Positions 51,087 to 60,700 of a stretch of DNA of 64,000 bases are shown piece after piece. Within the stretch, counting starts at the first letter, position 1. The number at the start of each line of letters is the position of its first letter. This stretch comes from a virus. The notes below the pieces were generated by a model that was not told where the DNA came from, ran no database searches, and saw nothing but the letters and a program-made list of their open reading frames with translations. Location: IMG/VR virus record IMGVR_UViG_3300007513_000009. One strand, written 5' to 3'. The position numbers were made by a program, and so were the translations under genes.

Positions 51087-51509
51087 ATGATTATACAACG
51101 AATGGAAAAAGTAGCAGGTAAGGTAACGAAAAATTGGCCACCGGTGGGAACTAACTATGTTTATCGATTGGATTGGGATGATTGGAAAGGTCGTAAATAT
51201 TATTATTTTGGAGAAAGTTATAAACCACAACAGAGATTGAAACGACACCAACAGCTGTTAAAACATAAGTGCTTCGGCACTATTAAGATGACTATATTGA
51301 AAACATATAAAGGTCCGGATTGTCATGCTAAGTCTATACATATGGAGAATAAATTGATATGGTCACACCATTGGAATAAAAAAGGTTGGGAGTGGCGTGA
51401 CGGAGATAAAAAGACTGACATTCCACGGATGTATAATAAATGGACATTGACTCATCAAGGTTGGATTAAAAAAAATAAACCGAAGGTGTATGAGGCGTGT
51501 TTCAAATGA
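51087..51509 (+). CDS. GIY-YIG-like endonuclease
   Basis: YVYRL...YYFGES..PQQRLKRH...E. Confidence 0.6.
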   Translation: MIIQRMEKVAGKVTKNWPPVGTNYVYRLDWDDWKGRKYYYFGESYKPQQRLKRHQQLLKHKCFGTIKMTILKTYKGPDCHAKSIHMENKLIWSHHWNKKGWEWRDGDKKTDIPRMYNKWTLTHQGWIKKNKPKVYEACFK

Positions 51510-52868
51510 GAGAGTGGAGCCAAAATTTGTTGGGGCACTATATATATTAAATCGTTAACTTAAATGGGAAGATATTTATTATTGAAATGGAAAATACACT
51601 AACAAATCCAAAAATAAACACTATTAGATTAGCTACCGTGGTAGATAGATTGATAGAATTGATTGTAGAGGATCCTACTATTGATGAAAGAACAAAAGAT
51701 TCATTAGAATGTATTACGGAAGATTTAGTGGATGTTATCAGTAGAGCTCAGTTGTTTGAACATAATGAAGAAGAATTGGAAGCATTGAGTTTTGAGGAAA
51801 TTAAAGAAATTCATATGATGAAACAAATTATGGATGATTTGATGAATGATAAGATTGGGCAAGCTTAACGAATGAAATAAAATGTTTAGTAATGAGTTTT
51901 ACGATGAACATTCATTTCCAAATGAAAATCATTATTTGGTAAATGGGAGTACAATGAATCAACTATTAATTGTTATTATGGGTTTAATTGAAGAGAGGCC
52001 CGAAATAAATGAAAAGTTTTTATTACCATTGGTGGAAAGATTAGTAGAAAGTGAAGAGATGAAAACATCAAGCAATTTGAATGAAATTTTAGATAGATGC
52101 GGATTAACCCTATATAATGGACAAGATGATGAAAGATAAACAAACCCATATAGTTAAGATGGATGATAAACAGGTTGACTTTTTGGTTAAATGTATTGAC
52201 ATAGCACAGGATACACAAAGTATTCATCCGGATTTAACGGAAAGTCAAATTATCAAACAACTAACCAATATATCACAAGCTCATGAAGATGATGAGTTAT
52301 CAGGATATGAATTAAAGTATGAATGAAATACTCAATATATTGATAATTCCAAATTATACACATTGGCACACCATAGTTGGGGTGTTGATTCTGATGGGGT
52401 TGATTGAATTGATAAATCATTGGTGGAACAATAGATTAAAATGAAGAAACCAATGAATTGGATTGAAGGTATGTCGTTGGAGTTAAAGGGAAAGAAAATA
52501 AAGGAAAGAATAAGATATTTAAGAAATGAATTAACTGCCGAGGGGCATTTGGATGGTTGGGTGTTAACAGGGTTAAAAAAAGAATATGAAGAACTTAAAA
52601 GACAAATTAAAATTTAAAAAAACTCTCCAAAGTCATACTCATCCTATAAAACCAAAAATGATTATAAAGAGTAAGTTGGATAAAGAGAAAGAAAGAAGAA
52701 ATCAAAAGATTAATTTGAGAAAAATGTTTGATGGATTGAATGACTTAAAATGAGTGAAGTTGAAGAGGCAAAATTAAGAGAAGAGATGATACTAATGTGG
52801 TGTCGTAATATAGGTAAACCATATATATTGAAAAGAATTTGGAAACGATTTATGGAGTGTATAGATAG

Positions 52869-53099
52869 ATGAATATTCATATTGAATATTGTGGGGAATG
52901 AAATTACAAACCAAGAGCCCTTAGTTTAAGGGAAGAGTTAAAGAGTAAGTTCGATATATTTAGATTTGAAATGATAGAAAGTGTCGGCGGAGTATTTGAA
53001 GTGAAGTTAAACGATCAATTGATTTTTAGTAAGAAGAATTTAAATAGATTTCCCAAAGATAATGAGATAATAGAGATTATCGAAGGAATGGATCAGTAG
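52869..53099 (+). CDS. SelW/SelT/SelH (Rdx-family) selenoprotein with in-frame UGA (CxxU)
   Basis: Translates as MNIHIEYCGE-U(TGA 52899-52901)-NYKPRALSL...GGVFEVKLNDQLIFSKKNLNRFP..., 76 aa. Rdx signatures lie on both sides of the UGA. Confidence 0.88.
52918..52932 (+). promoter_or_regulatory. Putative bacterial-type SECIS hairpin
   Basis: CCCTTA-GTT-TAAGGG stem-loop with loop G, starting 16 nt after the UGA. Confidence 0.6.
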
Positions 53100-54141
53100 C
53101 ATAATGGTTATGTTAGCAATACTATTTATACTTTGTTTACTATTTGGATATCTGATTGGTATAGAAAGTGAAAAGTATCCTAAATGAAGCAAGGAGAAAA
53201 AATGAAGGTTATTAAAAAGATAAAGAAGAAAAATATGAAGATTAATAAGATGGGATATGATAGTAGGAATCATTGGTGGTGGGTAACTAAAGGACATAAA
53301 TTATATATTAGAGATGAGAAAGCTAATTGGAATTTAGATAAAAATGGTGGAGAAGGATAATGAAAAAGAATAGCAAATTAGATAAATGTGTAGTATGTGG
53401 AGTGGATACACAATATAGAGTAGATGAACATATTGACTTCCGTATGGGTTATATTGAAGGATGTGGACAATTATGTTTAGATTGTTGGGATAAAATATAC
53501 TATAAACCGTTGATAGACAAATTGACAGAAACAGAAAAACAGAAAAACGGAATTGAGATTACAGTATGACATTCAAAGAATATAAAGATACATGGTTAAA
53601 AGAGAAGATATTTGTAGATGAGTATGGTAGAGACCACAACTTATCCGATACACCGATGACTATGATGAGTAGAAAAGATGCATATAATAAAAGAAAATTA
53701 TCAAATAAACAGATAAATAAAATATATAGTGATTGGATATTGAAAAACTATATGAAACACGCTGAGGTATAAAGTTATGAAAAAAAATAAATCTAAAGAA
53801 CCATTCCATATAGTGAATCGATATAAAAAGTACACTTCAACGGAAGGTTACTCATTTTGGGCAAAAAATGAAGAAGATGGTAAATTATATCTTCAACATA
53901 TGGGTTGGGGGTCAGATACATTGAAAGAAGTGAGTCCAAAATGATAGACTAAGATATACCTTATAAGAGTGGTACATATTCATTAATCACCACTCTTAAC
54001 CACAATTACCCACCTTATAATACTCTAATCATTACGATTAGGGTATTTTTTATATTATAATATAATCTCAAATATATATTGTCCACACACGCCGTGGTCG
54101 GAAAAAATCCCTAAGTTGAACAATATATGTAGATATAAAGC

Positions 54142-54659
54142 TTGACTTTATCAATAACTTTATGTATATTTCGTCCCTACCATAAGCTAGAGATTTGGAT
54201 TTAAAACCCAAATACTACGATAAAAGGGCAAAAAAGTTCCAAAATAATTAAAATAAAGCTTGACTTATATAGCTTTTTATGTGTATATTGAGGGGGGTAT
54301 ATATAAAAAAAAAGGTTAATTCATCACTATTGAGACTCGATATCGAGCGTGGTGTATATCTTTATATTGTTATAGTTAGAACTATTGAGATTGAGTCTCA
54401 ATAAGCCGTGGGGGGACTAACTTATGGTGTAATTATTTTAAAAAAAGTGAAGAAAAGTCTTGACTTATATGGTATTTCTTTAGTATATTCATATATGACA
54501 AAAGGAGAAAAAACGATGAACTTAGTGTCTCAAAGCCTGTCTGATTTATCAGATACCATAATGGGTGAAATAGTAGGAAAGGGCGTAAACCTATACGAAA
54601 TTTTTAATCCAATATATTTCAGAAATGTCTTGACTTATATTGCATTTTAGTTGTATTAT
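54142..54659 (+). promoter_or_regulatory. Cluster of four tandem sigma70-like promoters upstream of the AAA ATPase
   Basis: TTGACT at 54142, 54260, 54460, 54630, each with TATATT/TATTAT at 17-18 bp spacing. Confidence 0.75.
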
Positions 54660-54695
54660 TAGTTGTTCAAAAAAAGGAAAAAAAGGGAATTTTAA

Positions 54696-55844
54696 ATGAA
54701 TAAAACTATTGTAAAAATTGAGATGAGTGGGAATCGTTATAACGCGTACACTCAAAGTGGGGAGAAAGTCACTTCCCAAATTCTCACATCTACTCGAAAG
54801 TCTGCTTTCAATAAGGGTATGGCTTTGGAAAAAAGGGAAGGTAAAGGTGGAAGGGTTTATTGGTGGAAAGTACCAATGTCTGAATTCGATAATATAAGTA
54901 ATACTTTCGTTACACCACCATCTTCAGAAGTTGAAGTACCTACTGATCATGCTGAAGTGATGAATTTTATTTCTACTTCATATAGATTGAAACCTAAAGG
55001 TTTGGTAATGAGTGAACTTAAATGGAAGTATCTCATTAGGTCAGCCATTAGGGGTAAAAATATTATGATGACAGGGCAAGCTGGATGTGGTAAGACACTC
55101 GCGGCGAAGTCATTAATTAATTCACTCGATCGTCCATCATACTATTTCAATATGGGTGGGACACAAGATCCCCGATCTACTTTAATTGGGAACACTCATT
55201 ATAATAAAGAGAAAGGAACTTTCTTTTCTGAATCACTATTTGTAAAAGCTATTCAAACACCAAACTCTGTAATACTATTAGATGAGTTGACTCGGGCTCA
55301 CCCTGATGCGTGGAACATCTTAATGACAGTTTTGGATAGTGGACAGAGATATTTAAGGTTGGATGAAAAAGATGGAAGTGATACTATTAAGGTCGCAGAT
55401 GGTGTATGTTTCATAGCTACGGCAAACATAGGTAATGAATATACCTCCACAAGACAGTTGGATAAAGCTCTTATGGATAGGTTCACAGTAATCGAAATGG
55501 ACTTACTTAATGAAGAAGAAGAATTTGGATTACTTCGTTATATGTATCCATCAGTAGATGAAGGATTAATAACTGATGTATCTAAAATTGCCTATCTAAC
55601 GAGAAGTGAGTCAGAAAATGAAAATGCTAGAATAGGAAGTGGTATCTCTACTCGGACTTCGGTTGAAATAGTAGGATTACTTTTCGATGGTTTCTCACTT
55701 TTGGAATCCGCAGAAATCACCATCTATCCACAATATGATAATAGTGGTGGGGTAGATAGTGAAAGAACTTTCGTAAAGCAAATTGTTCAGAAATTTGTTA
55801 ATGACGAAAGTGGTGAAGAACTTTTTGATGAGGTAGAAGAATAA
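54696..55844 (+). CDS. MoxR/CbbQ-type AAA+ ATPase (CobS-like)
   Basis: GQAGCGKT, ILLDELTRA, ATANIG..Y, LDKALMDRF, ISTR. Confidence 0.9.
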   Translation: MNKTIVKIEMSGNRYNAYTQSGEKVTSQILTSTRKSAFNKGMALEKREGKGGRVYWWKVPMSEFDNISNTFVTPPSSEVEVPTDHAEVMNFISTSYRLKPKGLVMSELKWKYLIRSAIRGKNIMMTGQAGCGKTLAAKSLINSLDRPSYYFNMGGTQDPRSTLIGNTHYNKEKGTFFSESLFVKAIQTPNSVILLDELTRAHPDAWNILMTVLDSGQRYLRLDEKDGSDTIKVADGVCFIATANIGNEYTSTRQLDKALMDRFTVIEMDLLNEEEEFGLLRYMYPSVDEGLITDVSKIAYLTRSESENENARIGSGISTRTSVEIVGLLFDGFSLLESAEITIYPQYDNSGGVDSERTFVKQIVQKFVNDESGEELFDEVEE

Positions 55845-55888
55845 GTAGACATTAGTTTACTACGGTAAAATACCAACTACCCATCATC

Positions 55889-56260
55889 GGTGGGGACGGT
55901 TTCCTCCTTTTTCCTTCCCCACCATTTAATTTAAAGGAGACTTCCCCACCAAACCCCTAAGTGACACAATACATTGACTTATGGTTAGTGTATTGTATCG
56001 TCACGCCGACCCTAACCCCAATAACATCATTTACCACATATTTGTGGGTAATTGTCGTGTATAGAGAAGTGTAGTGGGGAATCTTCATTTGGTTGTCTGC
56101 AAGCTTGAAGTATCACTTTAACACGCTAAGCCTTCGTGAATAATATTCCTGGTTTTTCTAGCATAGCTTTTATATATTCATTATACTTAATAGTATGAAG
56201 AATAAATTCATTTATCTATAATGTTGAATCACAGTACAAAAGAAAAACTTTTTGTACTGT
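55889..56260 (+). ncRNA. Structured non-coding region (candidate ncRNA or cis-element)
   Basis: No ORF; several hairpins (55889-55923, 55961-56004, ~56031-56051, ~56232-56260), some with G-U pairs. Confidence 0.4.
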
Positions 56261-56352
56261 TCTTTATAATTGTTGTAGCCTTATCCTTTATCCTACATAT
56301 ACCATACTATATAGAAGTTTATTAACTATTTATTCTGTATATTTATCTATGT

Positions 56353-56598
56353 ATGGAAGAGTATTTTCTAAAAAATTCTAACTCTAATATTAAGTTTATT
56401 ATCAATATGTTAGGCCTGTTGGGTGCTATTGGTGGTGGTTGGTATAAGTTAGAGAACAGAGTATCTGCGTTGGAACAAGAATTACAACAACAAGATAAAG
56501 TAAAGACTATACAGGCAGAAATTGAATTAATGAAGAGAGACCAACAATTAGAAGAACTGAAGTGGCAATTCAAATTAGACTCTCTGAAGAGGTATTAA
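56353..56598 (+). CDS. TM + coiled-coil small protein
   Basis: IINMLGLLGAIGGGW followed by a heptad-rich segment. Confidence 0.5.
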   Translation: MEEYFLKNSNSNIKFIINMLGLLGAIGGGWYKLENRVSALEQELQQQDKVKTIQAEIELMKRDQQLEELKWQFKLDSLKRY

Positions 56599-56601
56599 GA
56601 T

Positions 56602-57273
56602 ATGATTAAGTTAAAAGATTTATTAAATGAAGCTATAACACCAAAGGGTTGGAATCAAAGTAAAAAGTTTATTAAAATCCTTGATAGAGAAACAAAAAAT
56701 CTAAAAAAATATCATAACCAACAAAATGATGAGGATTTTCTAGAAGTTGTAGATTACATGCAATTACAATTAGATATGATAAAAAAGAATATAAGAGAAT
56801 CCGTAAATGAAAAGGTAAATAAATCAGATTTAAAATATCAATTAGATATGTCTTTAGATAATCTTGGTATTGGTACAAAAGCTTTAATCGCTATGAAACC
56901 AAAAGGTAAAGATTTCTTTTTAAAAATGAAAAGTTATATGTATCAAGATAGTATGGGAGATGTATTAAAAGATGCAAATAAAAATTTAAATTCAAAACTA
57001 AAAATAAAAAATTTTAAAAAAACAAGAATGGGTACTGAATTTGTAATTGGTGAATCCGTAAATGAAGGTAAGTTCTCAAAAGAACAAATAGAGATTATGC
57101 GGCACGCATATAGTACTCTAAGTAAAATGAATCCATCTTCACCCACTTATAAGAAATTTGTTAAGTTTTTAGATAAGCTACCAAAAGATGAATTAAAACA
57201 ATTAGCCAATGCTAAAATAAAATTTGTATCTATATTAGCAAAGAATAGACTTAAACCTGTGCAAGAGAGATGA
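56602..57273 (+). CDS. MIKLKDLL-leader protein with internal ESVNE repeats
   Basis: MIKLKDLLNE; RESVNE and GESVNE divide it into three blocks. Confidence 0.6.
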   Translation: MIKLKDLLNEAITPKGWNQSKKFIKILDRETKNLKKYHNQQNDEDFLEVVDYMQLQLDMIKKNIRESVNEKVNKSDLKYQLDMSLDNLGIGTKALIAMKPKGKDFFLKMKSYMYQDSMGDVLKDANKNLNSKLKIKNFKKTRMGTEFVIGESVNEGKFSKEQIEIMRHAYSTLSKMNPSSPTYKKFVKFLDKLPKDELKQLANAKIKFVSILAKNRLKPVQER

Positions 57274-57323
57274 GGACATTCAGAACATCCGGCGGATGAT
57301 GATAGACATAAAGTGAAGAGATA

Positions 57324-57695
57324 ATGATTAAATTAAAAGAGTTATTGATTGAAGCAACAATAGCTTGTGGTGAGTGTCTTTCTTATGTTTGGAAAATGGG
57401 AATTATAAATCAAGATAATAAACAAGCAAATAAGAAGATGAAGATTACCTATGGTACTGTTCAGAATAAACATGTGTCTAATAATAAAAGATATAGGCAT
57501 GCTTGGGTAGAAGATGGCAATTTAGTAAAAGATTGGCAAACGATGGTGATGGGTGGAAGTAAATATGCTAAAAAGGGGTGGCCTAAAAAAGAGTATTATT
57601 CATTTTGGAAACCGAAGGTAGATAAAAAATTTACACCTGCTGAAGTAGCACATAATTGGAAAACTAAAAAAACTATAATGGGTTGGGATTGGTAA
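57324..57695 (+). CDS. MIKLKELL-leader protein with transglutaminase/papain-like Cys-His-Asp motif
   Basis: CGEC...YGTV...HAWVE...D. Confidence 0.6.
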   Translation: MIKLKELLIEATIACGECLSYVWKMGIINQDNKQANKKMKITYGTVQNKHVSNNKRYRHAWVEDGNLVKDWQTMVMGGSKYAKKGWPKKEYYSFWKPKVDKKFTPAEVAHNWKTKKTIMGWDW

Positions 57696-58015
57696 TGATA
57701 AAATTAAAAGATTTATTAAGAGAGGTTAATATAGGTGATACATATATTAGTTCAGATGGAAAATATGTAAATTTGGTATTTGATAAGTTTATGAAAGGTA
57801 AATGGCGTACAATAGGATTTGATTTGGGACCACGACATTTTATTAGAGATATTGGAACATCACCTGAACATTTACTTGGGATGTATGGTAAGTTAAAAAA
57901 ATTATCTTCATCACAAAAAAATGCAATTAAAAAGATTTTAAAAAATCCTGAAGATATTGATATGGTTAAAAGAGATGGTCAAAATGTAAATAAAGTGTTG
58001 AAGGCACTAAAATGA
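57695..58015 (+). CDS. MIKLKDLL-leader hypothetical protein
   Basis: MIKLKDLLRE; ATG overlaps the previous stop. Confidence 0.6.
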   Translation: MIKLKDLLREVNIGDTYISSDGKYVNLVFDKFMKGKWRTIGFDLGPRHFIRDIGTSPEHLLGMYGKLKKLSSSQKNAIKKILKNPEDIDMVKRDGQNVNKVLKALK

Positions 58016-58794
58016 TTAAATTAATAGATTTACTATTTGAACAATGGACTAAAAGGATGGGTAAACCTTTAACCAAGGCAGAGATTACTGCACTTAAAAA
58101 GAAACTAAAAGCACCTTCAGTTCGTAAAGGTCCAAAAAAACAATTGATGCCACCTAATCTTTCCGATAGAGAGAAACATCATATAATCTTTGTAATGTTG
58201 AAAAAGACAAGAGATAAGAATTTGAAAAAGTTTGGTGGTGGTATTCAAAAACATTGGACTAAAATGTCTAAAGCAGAAAAAGAAAAAATAGGTAAATTAG
58301 GTGAGATTGCAGCAAGAATCAAACCAACAAAATTTAAAGATATTTATAACGCATTGCCGATCGATTTAAAAAAAAGAGTTTACAATTTAAAAAAATATGA
58401 TCAAAGAAGGGATGCCCATCCTGAAGGTAATGTATTGAAACATACCATAGCTGTAACTAATAGAGCATTACAAACAGGTGATATAGATTTCGCACTTGCC
58501 GCATTATTTCATGATATAGGTAAAGATGAAACAGCGGCACTTCATCCAAAGAAAGGATTTTGGACACACTATGGGCATGAGCATGTTTCAGCTAAGTTGG
58601 TTAAGAAATATGCTAAGTGGATAAAATCAATGGGTGGTAATGCAGTTGATATTTACTTTATAGTTAAACAACATATGAGAATGAAAGTATTTGATAAGAT
58701 GAAATGGACTAAACAAGAAAAATTAAAGAAATTTAGAGCATATGATAAATTGAAAAAATTCTCAACAACAATGGATAAGGGTGGTAGAAAATGA
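58012..58794 (+). CDS. MIKLIDLL-leader protein with HD domain of CCA-adding-enzyme type
   Basis: HPEGNVLKHT, ALFHDIGK, HYGHEHVSA, QHM. Confidence 0.8.
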   Translation: MIKLIDLLFEQWTKRMGKPLTKAEITALKKKLKAPSVRKGPKKQLMPPNLSDREKHHIIFVMLKKTRDKNLKKFGGGIQKHWTKMSKAEKEKIGKLGEIAARIKPTKFKDIYNALPIDLKKRVYNLKKYDQRRDAHPEGNVLKHTIAVTNRALQTGDIDFALAALFHDIGKDETAALHPKKGFWTHYGHEHVSAKLVKKYAKWIKSMGGNAVDIYFIVKQHMRMKVFDKMKWTKQEKLKKFRAYDKLKKFSTTMDKGGRK

Positions 58795-59063
58795 ATAATA
58801 CTTTAACACTAACATTAAAAAAACAATTTTTTGATGAAATACTAAATGGTACTAAAACAATAGAGTATAGAGATATATCTGACTATTGGACACCACGATT
58901 AGAAAATAAAGACTATAATGTTATTGTATTTAGAAATGGATATAATTCAAATTCACCTACTATGAAAGTAGAATATAAAGAATTGACTATTGATAGGCAA
59001 TCTGTACCCAATAGATATGCGTTAGTATTGGGTGAAGTTTTAGAAACATCTAATATAAATTAA
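58791..59063 (+). CDS. ASCH/PUA-like domain protein
   Basis: FFDEILNGTKTIEYR...FRNGY. Confidence 0.85.
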   Translation: MNNTLTLTLKKQFFDEILNGTKTIEYRDISDYWTPRLENKDYNVIVFRNGYNSNSPTMKVEYKELTIDRQSVPNRYALVLGEVLETSNIN

Positions 59064-59314
59064 TAATTTAAAGGGGGCATATCACATGGGATTATTTGGG
59101 AACGACTATGAAGAAAGAATGAAATTAATTGAAGAAAAATTAATTCAACTTGAAAAAGATGTAGAAGCTTCATATTCGGAAATTAAAGAAGATATAAAAC
59201 GATTAAAACCAAGTTCTAAATCACCCCAAGATAATACAGAAACAATAACAAATTTGAATCAACGGCTTGAGACAATAGAAAAAAGGTTGATGATAGGAGG
59301 GTGGGCAGCAAAAT

Positions 59315-59352
59315 AAAAAAACCCCATTAAATAATATAATAGGGGTTTTTTT
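59315..59352. terminator. Bidirectional intrinsic terminator between convergent genes
   Basis: A-tract-CCCC...GGGG-T-tract. Confidence 0.8.
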
Positions 59353-59364
59353 AGTAGTATTGGA

Positions 59365-59559
59365 TTACTTAGAACCGAATACCTTTGAGAAAAAGCCTTT
59401 CTTCTTTTTCTTTCCTTTTCCAACTTTTTTCTTTTTCTTACTCTTCTTCTTTTTCTTCACTTCTTCCATACCTGCCATATTAAAATCTGCAGCATTAGCA
59501 GTTGGAACAGCACTAAAGAAGATAAATAAAGATAAGATTCCTGTCAATATATTTTTCAT
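59365..59559 (-). CDS. Secreted Lys-rich cationic peptide
   Basis: RBS GGAG, signal peptide ending ANA, 18 Lys in the 41-aa mature part; convergent terminator downstream. Confidence 0.7.
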   Translation of the reverse strand: MKNILTGILSLFIFFSAVPTANAADFNMAGMEEVKKKKKSKKKKKVGKGKKKKKGFFSKVFGSK

Positions 59560-59905
59560 AATTGAACTCCATTAATTAATGTTCTATTTATAAATATAAA
59601 ACACTTGTATTAATAAGTATTATTATGTATATTATGATATGGTAGATAAGCAACTTATAGAAACATTAAATGATCTAAAGGTGATAGATACATTACCTTC
59701 CGATATAACGATAGCATTACATTCATTTATAACGGCCTGTGAGGGTATGATGGAATATGATTTAGAACATGTTCCTACAGAATATTTTATTGGATTGATT
59801 GAAACTATGGGTAAGTATCCAAAATATAAAGTTATGGCAAATCATTTAGCAACAGTTGTGTTAAAAGATTTGGGTTATTTTGATAAGTGATATTAAAATA
59901 CCATT

Positions 59906-60517
59906 ATGAATTATAGAATGTTATATAACCCGGATCATCTGGGAAAACTACTAAAAATAAATATCCCAAATAGTGATGTTGTGGCAAATAATTGTAAATC
60001 ATTTATATTATCTGATGAGGGTAGAGAGATTATAAAAAGACCACATTGGGTAATGAATAATATTCAGTACAATGCTTTTCGATGGCCAGGCCCCTTTGCA
60101 AATTTATATTTTTGGATAAGAACAGAGTTTTTTAAATATGCGAAAGAAATTGATATTGATATGACTATACCATATTATATTCATGGATGGGTTAATATAT
60201 TTGAAAAGGGTGATTTCATTGATTGGCATAATCATATGGATAGATATACACCTAATACATATCATGGTGTATTTTGTGTAAATGCTCCAGAAGATTCATA
60301 TACTCTATATAGAAATGATAAAAATGAAATATATGATGAAGTAAAATCCGAAACAGGGAATTGTCATATAATTTGTGATATGATAACTTATCATAAATCT
60401 ACTGAGAATAAATCGGATGAGCCAAGAATTACATTAGCCTTTGATATAATAACACCATCAGAATATAATGGTACTTGGAAGCATGAAACTGGAAATCAAT
60501 TTATACCATTTATTTGA
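59906..60517 (+). CDS. 2OG-Fe(II) oxygenase
   Basis: GWVN...DWHNH...YHGVF...YHKS...RITLAFD. Confidence 0.8.
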   Translation: MNYRMLYNPDHLGKLLKINIPNSDVVANNCKSFILSDEGREIIKRPHWVMNNIQYNAFRWPGPFANLYFWIRTEFFKYAKEIDIDMTIPYYIHGWVNIFEKGDFIDWHNHMDRYTPNTYHGVFCVNAPEDSYTLYRNDKNEIYDEVKSETGNCHIICDMITYHKSTENKSDEPRITLAFDIITPSEYNGTWKHETGNQFIPFI

Positions 60518-60644
60518 TGAGAGATAAATGTGAAAGATGTAAAAGAAAACCAATAGATATAGCTAAAGGTTATACTATTTGTTTTAATTGTTTGATTGAA
60601 TTAGATATCAATCATAAAAATTATAAAAAATATAAAAAAAAGTC

Positions 60645-60674
60645 TTGACTCGTATTGCATTTCTTTTGTATCTT
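60645..60674 (+). promoter_or_regulatory. Promoter cassette, third copy of the 48181 repeat core
   Basis: CTTGACTCGTATTGCATTTCTTTTGTATCTTCATATATGAAAAAAA shared with the 48.2/48.5 kb copies. Confidence 0.85.
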
Positions 60675-60700
60675 CATATATGAAAAAAAAGGAAAACACA

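Noticed and set aside
52899-52901. Genome-wide TGA reassignment (genetic code 4/25)
   Set aside because: Many genes end cleanly at TGA, often in ATGA overlaps. Readthrough fits only the Rdx CxxU site.
53040-53297. Minus-strand 85-aa ORF and other short minus-strand ORFs across the window
   Set aside because: They overlap well-supported plus-strand genes and have shadow-like composition with no motifs.
48531-55844. Cobalamin biosynthesis (cobS/cobT) as an auxiliary metabolic pathway
   Set aside because: No CobN or other cob genes; a generic MoxR/vWA pair is a better explanation.
59360-59575. Plus-strand Phe-rich ORF
   Set aside because: Antisense shadow of the Lys-rich minus-strand gene, which has an RBS, a signal peptide and a convergent terminator.
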